Assembly: GCF_026965535.1 (NCBI RefSeq)
Contig: NZ_CP114039.1
Location: 8,035,461 to 8,099,460 of the forward strand
DNA: 64,000 bases
Direction of reading: 5' to 3'
DNA from: Corallococcus sp. NCRR
Lineage (GTDB): Bacteria > Myxococcota > Myxococcia > Myxococcales > Myxococcaceae
Shown here piece after piece: positions 54,083 to 62,913 of this stretch (its first letter is position 1; each line of letters starts with the position of its first letter). The notes beneath the pieces are model-generated. The model was given only the letters and a program-made list of their open reading frames with translations, was not told the origin of the DNA and did not search any database. The translations under genes were made by a program, and so were the position numbers.

Positions 54083-54652
54083 ATGCGACCGCTCCTCGCC
54101 GCCGCCCTGCTCCTGACCGCCGCCGCGCACGCCCAGGCCCCGTCGGCCCCTCCGGCCGCGGCGCCCAAGGCCGCCCCGAAGCCCGAGAAGGCCCCCGCCG
54201 AGCGCGCCGCCCCCGCCCGTCCCCCGGCGGATGCCGGCGCCTCCGACGCCTCCCTCCTGAAGGGCCTGCTGTGGGCGGCGGAGCCCGCGCCGGAGGAGAT
54301 CCGCACGCTCGCCATCGAGGACCTGGCGCTCCTGGGCGACGCGCGCGCCCTGGACCCGCTGGCCGCGTTCATCTGGGACCCCAACCCGCGCATCCAGCAG
54401 GCCGCGTTGCGCGCGGTGGCGCTCTTCCAGCACCGGCGCGCGGAAGAGATTTTGGGCAACGTCGTGAGACACCCGCGCCTGCCGGACACGCTGAAGATTC
54501 AAGCGCTGGGAGGTCTGCTGTATCAGCGCACCCCCACCGCCCGCCGGGTGGTGCAGGACGTGGCCGCGGACAGCCGCGTGGGCTACGCGGTGCAGAACGC
54601 CGCGCGCTCGGTGGCGTCGCAGTGGGAAGCCGCCCCGGCCGCCGCGCCCTGA
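54083..54652 (+). CDS. Secreted HEAT-repeat protein
   Basis: Signal peptide MRPLLAAALLLTAAAHA, A/P-rich linker and HEAT-like repeats (ALLGDARALDPLAAFIWDPNPRIQQAALRAV). Confidence 0.55.
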   Translation: MRPLLAAALLLTAAAHAQAPSAPPAAAPKAAPKPEKAPAERAAPARPPADAGASDASLLKGLLWAAEPAPEEIRTLAIEDLALLGDARALDPLAAFIWDPNPRIQQAALRAVALFQHRRAEEILGNVVRHPRLPDTLKIQALGGLLYQRTPTARRVVQDVAADSRVGYAVQNAARSVASQWEAAPAAAP

Positions 54653-54747
54653 AACACGCCTGCCTGTCTGCCCTCCAGCCCTGACGACACACGTGCCCGC
54701 CGGGCCGATTCCTGGAGTGCGCGCGTGTATGGGTTAGACTGGGGCGC

Positions 54748-55275
54748 ATGAAGATCACCCCCCTCGACATCCGGCAGAAGCGCTTCGAGACGGTGATGCG
54801 CGGCTTCGCGCGTCCCGAAGTGGGCGCGTACCTGGAGCTGATCGCCGGCGAGTTCGAGGAGGTCGTGAAGGAGAACATCGCGCTCAAGGAGGAGCTGAAG
54901 CGCACGCAGGCGCGGCTCGAGCAGCATCAGGAGCGCGAGCGCACCCTCCAGGAGACGATGGTCACCGCCCAGCGCATCAGCGAGGACCTGAAGGACGCCG
55001 CGAAGAAGGAAGCGGAGATCATCATCGCGGACGCGGAGCACCAGGCGGAGAAGATCGTCCACGGCGCGCACCAGCGGCTGGTGCAGGTGGTGGAGGACAT
55101 CAACGAGCTCAAGCGCCAGCGCACCCAGTTCGAGTCGCAGGTGCGCTCCGTGGTGGAGGCCCACCGCAAGCTGTTGGAGACGTTCGCCGCGCCCACCTTC
55201 GCGGACCGCGACTACGCGCGCGTGGAGGACAACGTCGCGTTCCTGTCCCAGAAGAAGGCCACCTCCAACGACTAG
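54748..55275 (+). CDS. DivIVA-domain protein
   Basis: MKITPLDIRQKRFETVMRGFARPEV N-terminus followed by a coiled coil. Confidence 0.85.
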   Translation: MKITPLDIRQKRFETVMRGFARPEVGAYLELIAGEFEEVVKENIALKEELKRTQARLEQHQERERTLQETMVTAQRISEDLKDAAKKEAEIIIADAEHQAEKIVHGAHQRLVQVVEDINELKRQRTQFESQVRSVVEAHRKLLETFAAPTFADRDYARVEDNVAFLSQKKATSND

Positions 55276-55284
55276 CATCCGCGC

Positions 55285-55584
55285 ATGCCCGCCCCCTGGC
55301 TCAAGGCCGTGCAGACCGGGGTGGAGCTGACGGTGCTCGTCCAGCCGCGCGCGTCCCGCACCCGGGTGATGGGCGAGCATGACGGCCAGCTGAAGATCCA
55401 GCTCGCCGCGCCGCCCGTGGACGGTGAAGCGAATGCGGCCCTGGTGGAATTCATCGCCAAAACGATGGGCGTGCCGCGTCGGCAGGTAACACTCGTGGCG
55501 GGTGACACGTCGCGCCGTAAGCGATTGAGGGTGGAAGGGGTTGATGCGGCGGCGGCCGAGGCTGTTATCTCTGGTGGACCGTGA
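55285..55584 (+). CDS. YggU/DUF167-family protein
   Basis: Family pattern [46 protein letters not shown]. Confidence 0.8.
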   Translation: MPAPWLKAVQTGVELTVLVQPRASRTRVMGEHDGQLKIQLAAPPVDGEANAALVEFIAKTMGVPRRQVTLVAGDTSRRKRLRVEGVDAAAAEAVISGGP

Positions 55585-56882
55585 GGCCACGCATGCTCCG
55601 CCTGTTCGCCTTCCTGATGATGCTGCTGGCCTCGCCGGGCGTGTTCGCACAGGACGAAGGTCCGCGGGGCATCCACGCGACGGAGGCCGTCGTCACGGAC
55701 GCCGCGCTCGTGCCCCACGCCCGCCCCGCCATCGTCGCGGGCGAGCTGAAGACGCAGCGCTTCGTCATCCTGCACACCGCGAAGGCGGCGGGCGCGGCCC
55801 GGGCGCTGGCCGGGCAGATTGAAGGCGTGCGGGACGCCTTCGGCGCGATGCTCGGGCGCGACTGGCCGGGCACCACCGAGATCCGCCTGGGCGTGGGCCG
55901 CCAGGAGTTCGAGGCGCTGGCGCTCCCCGGGGGCAAGCCTCCGGGCTGGGCCGTGGCGCTCGCCTACCCCGGGCATCAGATCATCCTGCTGGACGCGCTC
56001 AGCCTGAGCGACACGGAAGGGCCCACCACGCTGCGGCACGAATTGGCGCACGTGGCGCTGGGCCAGCTGGCGAAGGACTGGCCGCGCTGGTTCCAGGAGG
56101 GCGTGGCGCAGAACCTCACCGACGAGCGCTACTCCGTCGCCCACTACAGCGCCCTCTTCCGCGCGGTGACGCAGGAGCGCGTCTTCCACTTCGAGGACCT
56201 GTCCGACGAATGGCCGGACGTGCCCGCGGACGTGGAGATCGCCTACGCGCAGAGCGCCGCGTTCGTGGCCTTCCTCACCGGCAAGCACGGCGCTCACGCC
56301 ATGGGCCAGCTGGTGGACGGCGTGCGCGCGGGTGAGCCCTTCGAGCAGGCCTTCGGCAAGGCGTTCCGCACGTCGCTGCTCTTGGAGGAGCAGGACTGGC
56401 GCGAGGGGCTCGCGGCCCGCTACGGCTGGCTGCCGCTCACCACCAGCTCCGCGCTGCTGTGGCTCACCGCCTCCATCCTGTGCGTGGCCGCCTTCGTGCG
56501 CCGCATGCGCCAGAAGTCCGAGCGGATGACGGAGCTGGCCGCGGAGGACGCCGCCGAGGACGCCGCGCTGCGCCTGCTCGCCGCCGCCCGCGCCGCGGGG
56601 CCCGTCCCCGTGGACGGCTCCGAGCCGCTGTCCCCCGCCCTCCCCTGGCCGGAGTGGCCCGGCGCCACCCCGCCCGTGGCCCCGCCCAATCCGTCCGCCC
56701 CCAGCCAGCCGGAGGCCCTGGAGGGCGCGCCAGAAGCGCTGGAGTCGGGCGCGGGCCATCCGGAGGGCCCGGACGGTCAGGACATGGACATGGACGACGA
56801 GGAGCCGGAGTCCTCCAGCGGCGAGTACGAGCTGGATGGCGAGGCCCCGTCGGGCCGCCCGCCCAAGCCGACGCTCCACTGA
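55581..56882 (+). CDS. Secreted/membrane-anchored peptidase-MA-like (HExxH) protein with acidic C-terminal tail
   Basis: Signal peptide, [12 protein letters not shown] zinc motif, internal TM segment and a D/E-rich C-terminus. Confidence 0.55.
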   Translation: MRPRMLRLFAFLMMLLASPGVFAQDEGPRGIHATEAVVTDAALVPHARPAIVAGELKTQRFVILHTAKAAGAARALAGQIEGVRDAFGAMLGRDWPGTTEIRLGVGRQEFEALALPGGKPPGWAVALAYPGHQIILLDALSLSDTEGPTTLRHELAHVALGQLAKDWPRWFQEGVAQNLTDERYSVAHYSALFRAVTQERVFHFEDLSDEWPDVPADVEIAYAQSAAFVAFLTGKHGAHAMGQLVDGVRAGEPFEQAFGKAFRTSLLLEEQDWREGLAARYGWLPLTTSSALLWLTASILCVAAFVRRMRQKSERMTELAAEDAAEDAALRLLAAARAAGPVPVDGSEPLSPALPWPEWPGATPPVAPPNPSAPSQPEALEGAPEALESGAGHPEGPDGQDMDMDDEEPESSSGEYELDGEAPSGRPPKPTLH

Positions 56883-57049
56883 GGGGCGCGGCGTGCCCAG
56901 GCAGGGAAGGAACTTCCCTTGCTCCCCGCCTTTCAACATCCGCCCCGTAGGATTTACGTCCTCCGGCCGCCCTTCAGGGCACCCCCATTGCCCAAGTGGG
57001 CGGATTCATTGAGAGCCAGCAACCATCTGGCGTTGGCAAAGCCCTTGCT

Positions 57050-57607
57050 ATGTCTTCGTTCGCGATGCGGACGACAACGGACATGGCGGCGGAGCGGGGA
57101 CGGAAGAAGGCCGGGGCGGCCCGGGTCTTCAGCAAGCAGCCGGAGCGCATCGCGGCCCTGTGGCGGCGGATGCGGCTGGCGTCGCACGAGGGCCAGGGCG
57201 TTCCAGGCCCCAGCCTGCTGGACGGACTGGTGGAGCCCTTCGTCCGGGAGCTGGGGCTGACGCTGGAGGGCGTGGAGTCCAGCCCCTGGAGCCGCACCCG
57301 CGCGGTGCTGCGCCTGGCGCCGGAGCGTGGCGCGCGGGCCCTGCACGACGAGTTCGCACTGCTGCGGCGGTGCCTGGTGGACGCCCTGGAGGTGCTGGGC
57401 GGTGGAGACGCGGAGCGCCAGCGCATCAACCGCGCGCTCGACGAGGCCGTGGACAGCGCGGTGGCGCTGCTCCAGCGGATGGCGGACCCGAAGGCGGATG
57501 GGCCCCGGGTGCCGTTCGGCGGTCTGGTGGTGGAGTACTTCGAGCGGCCGTCCCACGCGCGCCGGGCCCCCATGGGCCGCCGCGACGAGCGGTCCGCCAT
57601 GCATTGA
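57050..57607 (+). CDS. Hypothetical protein
   Basis: Plus-strand ORF with protein-like composition; the overlapping minus-strand ORF is R/P/H-rich. Low confidence. Confidence 0.35.
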   Translation: MSSFAMRTTTDMAAERGRKKAGAARVFSKQPERIAALWRRMRLASHEGQGVPGPSLLDGLVEPFVRELGLTLEGVESSPWSRTRAVLRLAPERGARALHDEFALLRRCLVDALEVLGGGDAERQRINRALDEAVDSAVALLQRMADPKADGPRVPFGGLVVEYFERPSHARRAPMGRRDERSAMH

Positions 57608-57876
57608 ACGGCGCGCAGGAGGCGCCAGGGTTTTGTTGCAAGGGTTTGCCGATCCGTCCGGCTTGACACTCCTCACTGAGGAAGGGTCCGGGGGCTGGCG
57701 GGAGGGAGCGCTGTCATGGATGGGGGTCCGTGACGCGCCTTGAGGGTGCGAGTTCCTGCTCGGGGGAGCGGTGAGCCGCACACAGTCGAACGCCGGAACG
57801 CGTGGATGGGGGTCCGCGCGCTCCGCCGGTCGGACGGATCGGCATGTTTTGTCGGGGGGATTGGGGATGGGGCAGC

Positions 57877-57920
57877 GGGAGGGCGCCTACGGGGGTGGGC
57901 GCTCTCCCGCATTTTTTTTG
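57877..57920 (+). terminator. Rho-independent terminator on the plus strand, abutting the polA stop codon
   Basis: Stem GGGAGGGCGCC / GGCGCTCTCCC (one mismatch) with a 10-nt loop, followed by GCATTTTTTTTG. This is the only T8 run in the window. Confidence 0.6.
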
Positions 57921-57921
57921 C

Positions 57922-60627
57922 TCAGTGCGCGTCCGCCCAGCTCTTCCCCGCGCCCACGTCCACCTTGAGCGGCACCTTCAGCTCGGCGACGGAGGCCATG
58001 CTCTTCACGGCCAGGGCCTTCACGGCCTCCACCTCCGCGTCCGGCGCCTCGAAGAGCAGTTCGTCGTGCACCTGGAGGAGCACGCGCGTCTTCAGCTTCT
58101 GCTCCCGGAGCGCGGCGTCCACGGCCAGCATGGCCTTCTTCATCAGGTCCGCGGCGGTGCCCTGGATGGGCATGTTGATGGCGGCGCGCTCGGCGGCCTG
58201 GGCCACCGCGCGGTTCTTGGAGAGCAGGTCCCCCATCAGGCGGCGGCGGCCGTAGAGCGTCTCCACGTAGCCCACCTTGCGCGCCTTCTCCACGGTGTCC
58301 TCCAGGTACTGGCGGATGCCGGCGTACCGGATGAAGAACTTCTCGATGACGTCGCGCGCGTTCTCCTGGGAGATGCCCAGGCGCGTGGACAGGCCGTGCG
58401 CGGACAGGCCGTACGCGATGCCGAAGTTCACCATCTTCGCCACGCGGCGCTGCTCGCGGTCCACGTCCTTGGGGTCCACGCCGAAGACTTCCGCCGCCGT
58501 GCGGCTGTGGATGTCCTCGTCGTTGCGGAACGCGTCGATGAGGACCGGGTCCTCCGCGATGTGCGCCAGGAGCCGCAGCTCGATCTGCGAGTAGTCCGCG
58601 CTCACCAGCTGGTGCCCCGCGTCCGCCACGAAGGCGCGGCGGATCTCCCGCCCCAGCTCCGTGCGGACCGGGATGTTCTGCAGGTTCGGGTCGGACGAGG
58701 ACAGCCGGCCGGTGGCGGTGGCCGCCTGGTGGTACGTGGTGTGGATGCGCCCGTCCTTCGCCACCAGCGTCGGCAGCGTGTCCAGGTAGGTGCTCTTGAG
58801 CTTGGACAGGCCCCGGTATTCGATCAGCGCGCGCGCGAGCACGCTGTTGTGCTCCTCCGCCAGCTTCTCCAGCACCTCCTGGTCCGTGGACGGGCCCGTC
58901 TTGCCGCGCTTGAGGATGGGCAGCTTCTGCTCCTCGTAGAGCACCTGCGCCAGCTGCGGGTTGGAGCCCAGGTTGAAGACATGGCCCGCGGCCTGGTGGC
59001 ACTCGGCCTCCTTCGCCTTCACCTCCACGTCCACGCGCTCGGACGTGCGGCCCAGCTCCGCCACGTCCAGCTTCACGCCCTCGCGCTCCATGCGCGCGAG
59101 CACGGGCAACAGCGGCAGCTCCAGCGTGCGCGCCAGCTCCGCGAGCCCGCCCAGCTCCAGCTCCTTCCACAGCTCCGGCGCCATCCTGCGCGCCGCGTCC
59201 GCGCGCACCGCGTAGGCCGCGGCCACCTCGTCCGGCCCGTGGTCCGCCAGCGGCCGGCCCTTCTTGCCCTCCACCGACGCGGGCAGCGCGGGCAGCTCCG
59301 AGCGCAGCCGCTCGCGCGCCAGGTCCGCCAGCGCGTGCTCCCGGCGCGACGGGTTGAGCAGGTAGCTCAGGAGCTCCACGTCGTCGTGCGCGCCCTCCAG
59401 CGTCAGGCCTTCATGGGCCAGCACCAGCGTGAGCGCCTTGAGGTCGTGGCCGCCCTTCTTCACCGCCGGATCCGAAATCACGTCCTTCATCGCCGCGGTG
59501 AAGGCCGCCACCGGCACCTGCGTGGCGCCCAGCTGCTGGTGCCTCAGCGGCACGTAGCGCGTGGAGCCGTCCGGCAGCGCCACGCCCAGGCCCACCAGCG
59601 GCGCCGCGAAGGGCATGCCTTCGTAGGCGGGCACCAGAGAGAGAGCCCCGGCCTCCTTCGCCGCGTCCGCCAGCGCCTTCAACTCCGCCTCGGTGGTGAC
59701 CAGCGTGGTGGTGGTGACGAGCGGCGCCACGTCCGGCCGGGCCGGAGCCTCCTCCGCGGGCAGGTCGCGCAGGAGCGCGAAGAACTCCAGCTCCGTGAAC
59801 AAATCCCGCGCGCGCGTGGCGTCCGGCGCGCGGCGGACCAGGTCGTCCAGCTTCACGCCCAGGGCCAGCCCGGTGTTGAAGGTGACCAACTGCTTGGCGC
59901 GCGTCAGGCTCTCGCGGTGGGACTCCAGCGCCGCGCGGATCTTCGGCTTCTTCACCTCTTCCACGCGCGCGAGCAGCGTCTCCACGTCGCCGAACTGGTG
60001 GAGCAGCTCCACCGCCGTCTTGTCGCCCACGCCGGGCACCTTGGCGACGTTGTCCACCGCGTCGCCCACCAGGGCCAGGAAGTCGCGCACCTGCTTCGGC
60101 AGGATGCCCATCTTCTCCTGCACGTCCGCGATGCCGATGCGCTTGTTCTTCGCGGGGTCGAAGAGGGTGATGTCCTCGTCGACGATCTGCATGAAGTCCT
60201 TGTCGCTGGTGACGACCAGGACCTGGAAGCCCTCCGCCTTCGCCTGCAGCGCCAGCGTGCCGATGACGTCGTCCGCCTCCCAGCCCTCCGCGTCCAGCGA
60301 AGCCAGGTTCAGCACGTCACCCACCTTGCGGATGAGCGGGAACTGGGGCGTCAGGTCTTCCGGCGGCGCCTTGCGGTTCGCCTTGTACGTGGGGTCGATC
60401 TTCTGACGCTCCACGCGGCCGGACTTGTCGAACGCCAACGCCACGTGCGTGGGCTTCAGCTCCTGCAAGGCCTTGAGCACCATGCGGGTGAAGCCCAGCA
60501 CCGCGTTGGTGGGCACCCCCTTGCTCGTCGTGAGCGGGGGGATGGCGTGGTAGGCGCGGAAGATGAAGCCAGAGGCGTCGAAGAGCGCCAGGCGGCGCTC
60601 GGAGCGCGGGGGGCTGGTGTCGGCCAT
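57922..60627 (-). CDS. polA: DNA polymerase I
   Basis: 5'-3' exonuclease domain (LFDASGFIFRAYHAIP), 3'-5' exonuclease domain and polymerase domain with the RRVAKMVNFGIAYG and VLLQVHDELLFE motifs. Confidence 0.95.
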   Translation of the reverse strand: MADTSPPRSERRLALFDASGFIFRAYHAIPPLTTSKGVPTNAVLGFTRMVLKALQELKPTHVALAFDKSGRVERQKIDPTYKANRKAPPEDLTPQFPLIRKVGDVLNLASLDAEGWEADDVIGTLALQAKAEGFQVLVVTSDKDFMQIVDEDITLFDPAKNKRIGIADVQEKMGILPKQVRDFLALVGDAVDNVAKVPGVGDKTAVELLHQFGDVETLLARVEEVKKPKIRAALESHRESLTRAKQLVTFNTGLALGVKLDDLVRRAPDATRARDLFTELEFFALLRDLPAEEAPARPDVAPLVTTTTLVTTEAELKALADAAKEAGALSLVPAYEGMPFAAPLVGLGVALPDGSTRYVPLRHQQLGATQVPVAAFTAAMKDVISDPAVKKGGHDLKALTLVLAHEGLTLEGAHDDVELLSYLLNPSRREHALADLARERLRSELPALPASVEGKKGRPLADHGPDEVAAAYAVRADAARRMAPELWKELELGGLAELARTLELPLLPVLARMEREGVKLDVAELGRTSERVDVEVKAKEAECHQAAGHVFNLGSNPQLAQVLYEEQKLPILKRGKTGPSTDQEVLEKLAEEHNSVLARALIEYRGLSKLKSTYLDTLPTLVAKDGRIHTTYHQAATATGRLSSSDPNLQNIPVRTELGREIRRAFVADAGHQLVSADYSQIELRLLAHIAEDPVLIDAFRNDEDIHSRTAAEVFGVDPKDVDREQRRVAKMVNFGIAYGLSAHGLSTRLGISQENARDVIEKFFIRYAGIRQYLEDTVEKARKVGYVETLYGRRRLMGDLLSKNRAVAQAAERAAINMPIQGTAADLMKKAMLAVDAALREQKLKTRVLLQVHDELLFEAPDAEVEAVKALAVKSMASVAELKVPLKVDVGAGKSWADAH

Positions 60628-60686
60628 CCCCCGTCCCTAGCGCGCCTACCGCGGTCTGTCCACGAAGCCCCGCACCGGAGCGCCGC

Positions 60687-62906
60687 TCAGCGGCACTTCA
60701 TCTCGGCCTTCTTCGAGGCCATCTGCTCGGCGATGCCGTCACCCGGCACGGCGTAGTCCTCCACCGCCTGGAAGTCCGAGCAGCCGCCCACGTTGTTCAA
60801 CGCGTTCTGCGCCTGCGTGGAGCAGAAGGCCACCACGCGGTTCAGGTTCGTGTTGCCCTTGTAGAAGTCGAAGCCCATCTTCCAGATGCGGCAGCCACGG
60901 CGGCGGTCCTCGCGGTCGGCGAAGTGCTTGCCGCGCTGGTAGGCGGAGGCCGCCAGGTCCTGGAACATGTTCTTCCGGTAGAAGGACAGGTGCGACTCCG
61001 CCAGCTCCGCCATGATGCGCTTGTCCGTGGCCAGCGCGTCCTTGAACGGCGCCACCGCGCGCTCGGGGTCGTCGTTGCTGAGCGAGCTCTCACCCGTCTT
61101 GAAGAGCTGATCCACGTTGGACACGTCGCGGATGAGATCGTCCGCCAACTGGTGGAACTGCGCCTGGTCCTCCTTCGAGCGCAGCTTCTGCAGCGTCGCC
61201 ATCGCCTCGCTGCCGCGGCCGGCCCAGTAGTCCATCATCGCCGCCTGGACGAGCTTCGGGGCGTAGCGCTTGGCGAACATGGCGCGCACCTCGCTGGCCT
61301 GATCCACGCCCAGCCCGTCCTCCTGGAGGATGTCGGACACGGGGCAGGTCCACGGCTGGGCGTTGCGGTCCACGCGGTTGCGGGCCACCAGGAACTTCAC
61401 GAACATGGCGTCCTTGGGGCGCCACTCGTTCCTGCGCAGGTGGCCCTCCAGGCGGAGCGTCTGACCGATGGGCGGCTCCAGGTCCTCCTTGCTCTGCTTC
61501 TGGCACCACACTTCCATGTACTGCTGGCAGCGCTGGACGGCCGGGCCCCACTGCGAGTTGTTCAGGTAGCGGTTGCAGTCGAACTTCGCGCGGTCCACGA
61601 ACTGCTCGGCCGTCTCCTTCGCCTTGGAGCGGGCGCGGCGGAAGTACTCGCTCTCCTTCGGAATCTTGCGCAGGAACTCCAGCGCGTCCTTCTCGCGGTT
61701 GAGCTCGATGGCCTTCTTCGCGGCCTCGAAGTTGTCGAAGGCCTCCTTCTCCAGCTTGATGCGCCGCACGAGGGTGTTCGCCTCGGCGTTGATGGGGTCC
61801 ATGTCCAGCGCCTGCTCACACGCCTTCTCGGCGCGGCCCCAGTCGGGAGCCCCCATCTCATTGGAGGAGTAGGAGCGGCACTCGCTGAGGAACTCCTGCA
61901 CCTGCTGCGCGGGATCCAGCGGCGCGGCCGGCCCCGTCTTCTGCGCCTTCTGGGGCGCCCCGATGGAGGTCTTCACCACCGCCGCCACCGCCAGCAGCGC
62001 CATCACGCCGCCCGCGACCACCAGCAGCTTGCGCTTCTTGTCGGCCTCGGGCGCGGCCCTGCCGCCACGACGGGCCGGCGCCGCGCCCGTGCCCGGACGG
62101 CGCGAGGGCGTGTCCGCGGCCTCGTAGGTCATCTCCACCACGCCGAACTGGAGGACGTCCCCAGGCTGCAGGTCGACGAACTCCTCGCCCAGCAGCTCGC
62201 CGTTGAGCAGCGTGCCGTTGGCGCTGCCCAGGTCGCGCGCGAGCACGGCGGAGCCCTCGCGCTTCACCTCCGCGTGCTTCCGGCTCACAGAGTCGTCATC
62301 CAGGATGACCGCCGCCGGAGGCGCCCGGCCCACCAGCACCGTGCCGTTGATGGGATAGGACTTGCCCGCCCACGGGCCCGTCATTCCCTTGAGCATCGGA
62401 CCGGAGCTCGCGCCCGCCGCCGCGTCACCCGCGCCCGCCCGCGAGGGCGTGGAGCGCGCGGGCCGCTTCGCCAGCGCGCCCTCGGGCTTCGCGGCCCCGT
62501 TCTGCGTAGCCTTGGCGCGGATGCTGGGCATGGCGCGCGTGCCCTTCACGGGCGCGTCCGAGAGCGTCGCCGGGTCGCCGGGAGGAGGCGTCGCCGCGCG
62601 GCGGCCGCTGGTGCTCCGGGCGCTGCCCTTGAGCTTCAGCTCATAGTCGCCCAAGAGCACCTGCGAGGCCGGCGTCAGCGCCGTGGGCCCCTCGATGCGC
62701 TCGCCGTCCACGAAGGTGCCGTTCTGGCTGCCCCCGTCCTCGACGTAGACCGTGCCGCCCTCCACGTAGATGCGCGCGTGCTGCCGCGACACGCCACCTT
62801 CCGTGAGGACCAGGTCATTGCCCTGCTGGCGGCCAATCTTCAGCTCGCCCGCGATCTCGTGCTCGTGCTCAGTGCCGTCAGGGTGACGGACGACCAGGGT
62901 AGGCAT
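60687..62906 (-). CDS. Double FHA-domain protein with TM segment and large C-terminal domain
   Basis: Two FHA domains (…IGRQQGNDLVLTEGGVSRQHARIY…, …VGRAPPAAVILDDDSVSRKHAEVK…), a TM helix (LLVVAGGVMALLAVAAVV) and a ~430-aa C-terminal domain. Confidence 0.8.
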   Translation of the reverse strand: MPTLVVRHPDGTEHEHEIAGELKIGRQQGNDLVLTEGGVSRQHARIYVEGGTVYVEDGGSQNGTFVDGERIEGPTALTPASQVLLGDYELKLKGSARSTSGRRAATPPPGDPATLSDAPVKGTRAMPSIRAKATQNGAAKPEGALAKRPARSTPSRAGAGDAAAGASSGPMLKGMTGPWAGKSYPINGTVLVGRAPPAAVILDDDSVSRKHAEVKREGSAVLARDLGSANGTLLNGELLGEEFVDLQPGDVLQFGVVEMTYEAADTPSRRPGTGAAPARRGGRAAPEADKKRKLLVVAGGVMALLAVAAVVKTSIGAPQKAQKTGPAAPLDPAQQVQEFLSECRSYSSNEMGAPDWGRAEKACEQALDMDPINAEANTLVRRIKLEKEAFDNFEAAKKAIELNREKDALEFLRKIPKESEYFRRARSKAKETAEQFVDRAKFDCNRYLNNSQWGPAVQRCQQYMEVWCQKQSKEDLEPPIGQTLRLEGHLRRNEWRPKDAMFVKFLVARNRVDRNAQPWTCPVSDILQEDGLGVDQASEVRAMFAKRYAPKLVQAAMMDYWAGRGSEAMATLQKLRSKEDQAQFHQLADDLIRDVSNVDQLFKTGESSLSNDDPERAVAPFKDALATDKRIMAELAESHLSFYRKNMFQDLAASAYQRGKHFADREDRRRGCRIWKMGFDFYKGNTNLNRVVAFCSTQAQNALNNVGGCSDFQAVEDYAVPGDGIAEQMASKKAEMKCR

Positions 62907-62913
62907 GGGCGCG

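Noticed and set aside
56954-57781. 275-aa minus-strand ORF
   Set aside because: R/P/H/S-rich composition. The overlapping plus-strand ORF (57050..57607) is more protein-like, though neither is strongly supported.
57802-60756. 984-aa plus-strand ORF
   Set aside because: Antisense to DNA polymerase I.
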